DNA of 64,000 nt from Octopus sinensis (lineage: Eukaryota): NCBI RefSeq assembly GCF_006345805.1, contig NC_043021.1, positions 16,988,001-17,052,000 of the forward strand, given 5' to 3'. Within the stretch, counting starts at the first letter, position 1. The number at the start of each line of letters is the position of its first letter. The notes under the pieces are model-generated. The model was not told the DNA's origin, did not search any database, and saw only the letters and a list, made by a program, of their open reading frames with translations. Shown here in pieces: positions 60,931 through 64,000 of the stretch. The translations under genes and the position numbers were made by a program.

Positions 60931-61545
60931 GTAGGCCCTTCCTATTGTTTTAGCTGATTATATCTCTTTTACTTGTTTCAGTCATTTGACTGCGGCCATG
61001 CTGGAGCACCGCCTTTAATCGAGCAACTCGACCCCGGGACTTATTCTTTGTAAGCCCAGTACTTATTCTATCGGTCTCTTTTGCCGAACCGCAAAGTGAC
61101 GGGGACGCAAACACACCAGCATCGGTTGTCAAGCAATGCTAGGGGAACAAACACAGACACACAAACATATACACACACACACATATATATACATATATAC
61201 GACGGGCTTCTTTCAGTGTCCGTCTACCAAATCCACTCACAAGGCATTGGTTGGCCCGGGGCTATAGCAGAAGACACCTGCCCGAGATGCCACGCAGTGG
61301 GACTGAACCCGGAACCATGTGGTTGGTAAGCAGGCTACTTACCACACAGCCACTCCTGCGCCTATATACGCATTCACTTTTTTTTTCCACCTGGATTTAC
61401 TGCAATGTTGGACTTTAACGACCTTATCGTTTATTGAGCTTTTAATTACTGTCGATTCAGTTTTTGATGCATGAATTCTCTCTGCATTGATATAAAAATG
61501 TGTGTGTGTGTTTATTTATATTTGTGTGTTTTGTACTTTGTTCAG

Positions 61546-61630
61546 ATAACCTGGAGTTGATAAAAGCTATTATTTGTGCCGGTCTTTACCCAAATGTTGC
61601 CAAAGTACAGAAACCTTCGATGGGTAAAAG
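61546..61630 (+). CDS. DHX36: DHX36 coding exon 23
   Basis: (D)NLELIKAIICAGLYPNVAKVQKPSMGK(R); phase 1 to 2. Confidence 0.96.
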
Positions 61631-62303
61631 GTAAGTCAGTTGCACCAACACCATCATCATCACCATCATTATCATCACCAGTACTTCCAACATCACCACC
61701 ATCACCATCATCACCACTACCACCATCATCACCACAACCACCATCACCACCACAACCACCATCACCACCACCATCATCATTACCATCACCATCACTACCA
61801 CCACCATCACCCCAACCGCCATCATCATCAACACCAGCACTAGCAGCAAGTGCTCTTCTCACCTATTCCCTATCTCTATCCGTCTCTTATGCTGTCATAC
61901 ACTCTTGTAACCTCTGCCCACCCCCACTCCCTGTTCCTCCACCCCCATTCACCCTTACTTACTTCATATTTTGAGAAACTCTGCCAGATCAGATTGGAGC
62001 CTGGTGCAGCCATCTGGTTCGCCAGTCCTCAGTCAAATCCTCCAACCCATGCTAGAATGGAAAGCGGACGTTAAACGATGATGATGATGATGATGATGAA
62101 TGTTATGTGCTGTACTGTACATTAACTCTCCCTCCCTTCATCAAATCGACATCGCCTGAACAGCTGCACGGTGTACCATGCATCAGATACCGGTGTGATC
62201 GCAGAGCAACGTGAAATGAAGTGTTTTGCTCAAGAACACAATGCACCACCCAGTCTAGGAATTGAAACCACGATCTCGCAGTCACAAGTGCAACACCCTA
62301 ACC

Positions 62304-62522
62304 CAGTGGTTTTCAACCAGGGTTACGCGGAACCTTAGGGTTCCGCCAGTACAGTGCAGGGGTTCTGCAAGAAGTTACAAAACTGCTAAAATCGGCAGTA
62401 ATTTTAAATTCTCCTGTGCAGATATGTGTGCATAAGACTATTAAATTATTGCACAGGGGTTCCTCGAGCCAGTGGAATGTTTCCTTGGGGTTCCGCTCCA
62501 GCAAAAAGTTTGAAAAGCACTG
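62304..62522. mobile_element. hAT-type MITE inserted in a family-D SINE head
   Basis: CAGTGGTTTTCAACC...GTTTGAAAAGCACTG; exact 8-bp TSD CCCTAACC. Confidence 0.85.
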
Positions 62523-62628
62523 CCCTAACCACTAGGCCACACATCGTCTCACACATGCACACACACACACACACACACACTTGTATAACCACTGTACACT
62601 ATGTGTTGCTCTATGTTATGTTTTACAG

Positions 62629-62752
62629 ACCCACCATACTACAGACCAAGATAGAGAAGAGGGTCTCCCTCCACCCGAAATCTGTCAATTCCACAGAATC
62701 AGTGTTTGAATCAAAATGGTTGATTTACCACCAAATGTTGAAGACGTCAGGG
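62629..62752 (+). CDS. DHX36: DHX36 coding exon 24 (OB fold)
   Basis: PTILQTKIEKRVSLHPKSVNSTESVFESKWLIYHQMLKTSG; phase 2 to 0. Confidence 0.96.
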
Positions 62753-62934
62753 GTGAGTAATTCCTTGTTGTTGTATTTGTGTTGTGAGGTTGGGGTTATT
62801 AGGCTGTGGTTGTTGAGATAACATTACTGAAGTGAGACAGTGGTGGGGGTGGGGGTATTAAGGATGAAAGATGGCGATGGCGATGGTGACAGCATGTCTG
62901 TGCAGAAGTGTACGGAAGGATGAAAGGAGGCAAA

Positions 62935-63370
62935 TGGGCCTTGACAGAACTCAAAGGACTTCAACAGAACACGAAGGGCCTCAACAGAACACAAAGGGCC
63001 TCGACAGAACACAAAGGGCCTCGACAGAACACGAAGGGCCTCGACAGAACACGAAGGGCCTCAACAGAACTGAAAGGGCCTCGACAGAACACAAAGGGCT
63101 TCGACTGAACACAAAGGGCCTCAACAGAACACAAAGGGCCTCGACAGAACACGAAGGGCCTCAACAGAACTCAAAGGGCCTCGACAGAACTCAACGGGCC
63201 TCGACAGAACACAAAGAGCCTTGACAGAACACGAAGGGCCTCAACAGAACTCAAAGGGCCTCGACAGAACACGAAGGGCCTCGACAGAACACGAAGGGCC
63301 TCGACAGAACGCAAAGTGCCTCGACAGAACTCAAAGGGCCTCAACAGAACTCAAAGGGCCTCGACAGTGC
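62935..63370. repeat. 21-bp minisatellite (GACAGAACACGAAGGGCCTC-type), about 20 copies
   Basis: Direct tandem array without unique spacers. Confidence 0.92.
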
Positions 63371-63507
63371 AGCATATTACATCTCCTTTTGGTTTTTTTC
63401 TTTTTGTTTGTTGTTATTTAGCTTTGGTTTTTTTTTTTTTTTATTAAATTTCTTTGTTAATTAGTTTTGTTAATTATGGAACTGTTGGTGTTAATTCTCT
63501 TCTGCAG

Positions 63508-63582
63508 ATCTACCTCCATGATTGTACCATTATCTCACCCTACCCACTTCTATTCTTTGGTGGACCAATAGGCATCAAAAGG
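63508..63582 (+). CDS. DHX36: DHX36 coding exon 25; gene continues beyond the window
   Basis: IYLHDCTIISPYPLLFFGGPIGIKR; phase 0 to 0; no stop codon reached. Confidence 0.96.
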
Positions 63583-64000
63583 GTAAGTCTCCTGTACTGT
63601 TGTCATGCTCGCTGTTGTTGTTGTTGTAGCTGTTGTTGTTGCTATGGTGATTTTCTTGATGCGATGGTTTTGTTGTCGTGACTGTTGAGAAATGGAGAGC
63701 CACAACGATGTAAAAAGAGGATTTTGTTTGAGTCGGATATTTTTGAGAGAACTTCTATGTGGTCATGCTGCTGCTAGAAACAGCAGTCAAATTCCCTCAA
63801 ATCATCCTACCCCCCTTTCTGTCATAAAGAAACAAATTATTCATTGGATGCGGTAATCCTACATTGTCATTGTCCTCTGGAAAGATGGGATGGTCAAGGC
63901 TGGAACATCTCTAATCATGGATCTGTTTCATCAGGTCCAAGACACACTAAGCACCGAGAGGAACAAACCACTGCATGGCTGCTTGAACTGCTAAAAATAA

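Noticed and set aside
61542-61974. His-, Pro- or Gly-rich ORFs
   Set aside because: (CAC/CAT)n microsatellite following exon 23.

Overview
Eukaryotic, intron-rich and very repeat-dense genomic DNA. The SINE, MITE and microsatellite landscape suggests an octopus or related coleoid cephalopod (inference, not proven). Two genes lie head-to-head. (1) Minus strand: the first three coding exons of a TADA2A-like gene (ZZ zinc finger + SANT; 4771-4598, 2969-2878, 1428-1331), continuing off the left edge. (2) Plus strand: 25 phase-consistent GT-AG coding exons (16339-63582; 3018 nt, about 1006 codons) of the G-quadruplex helicase DHX36, continuing off the right edge. The exons encode MSY/RGG N-terminus, DSM motif [39 protein letters not shown]2 and OB-fold. 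Introns hold at least four SINE families, RTE/LINE fragments, Tc1/mariner, hAT, piggyBac-like, Kolobok-like and Helitron-like non-autonomous elements, and large microsatellites/minisatellites. Most notable: an ORF1-only (CCHC zinc knuckle) retroelement whose 3' tail is shared with a SINE family; that SINE's apparent GGTAY target preference and a head-to-head dimer inside one 17-bp duplication; degenerate Penelope-type minimal hammerhead motifs; a duplicated RGG-type N-terminal exon in DHX36; several long fold-back hairpins inside the DHX36 pre-mRNA. All exon and element coordinates were read by hand; repeat boundaries are approximate unless a TSD is quoted.
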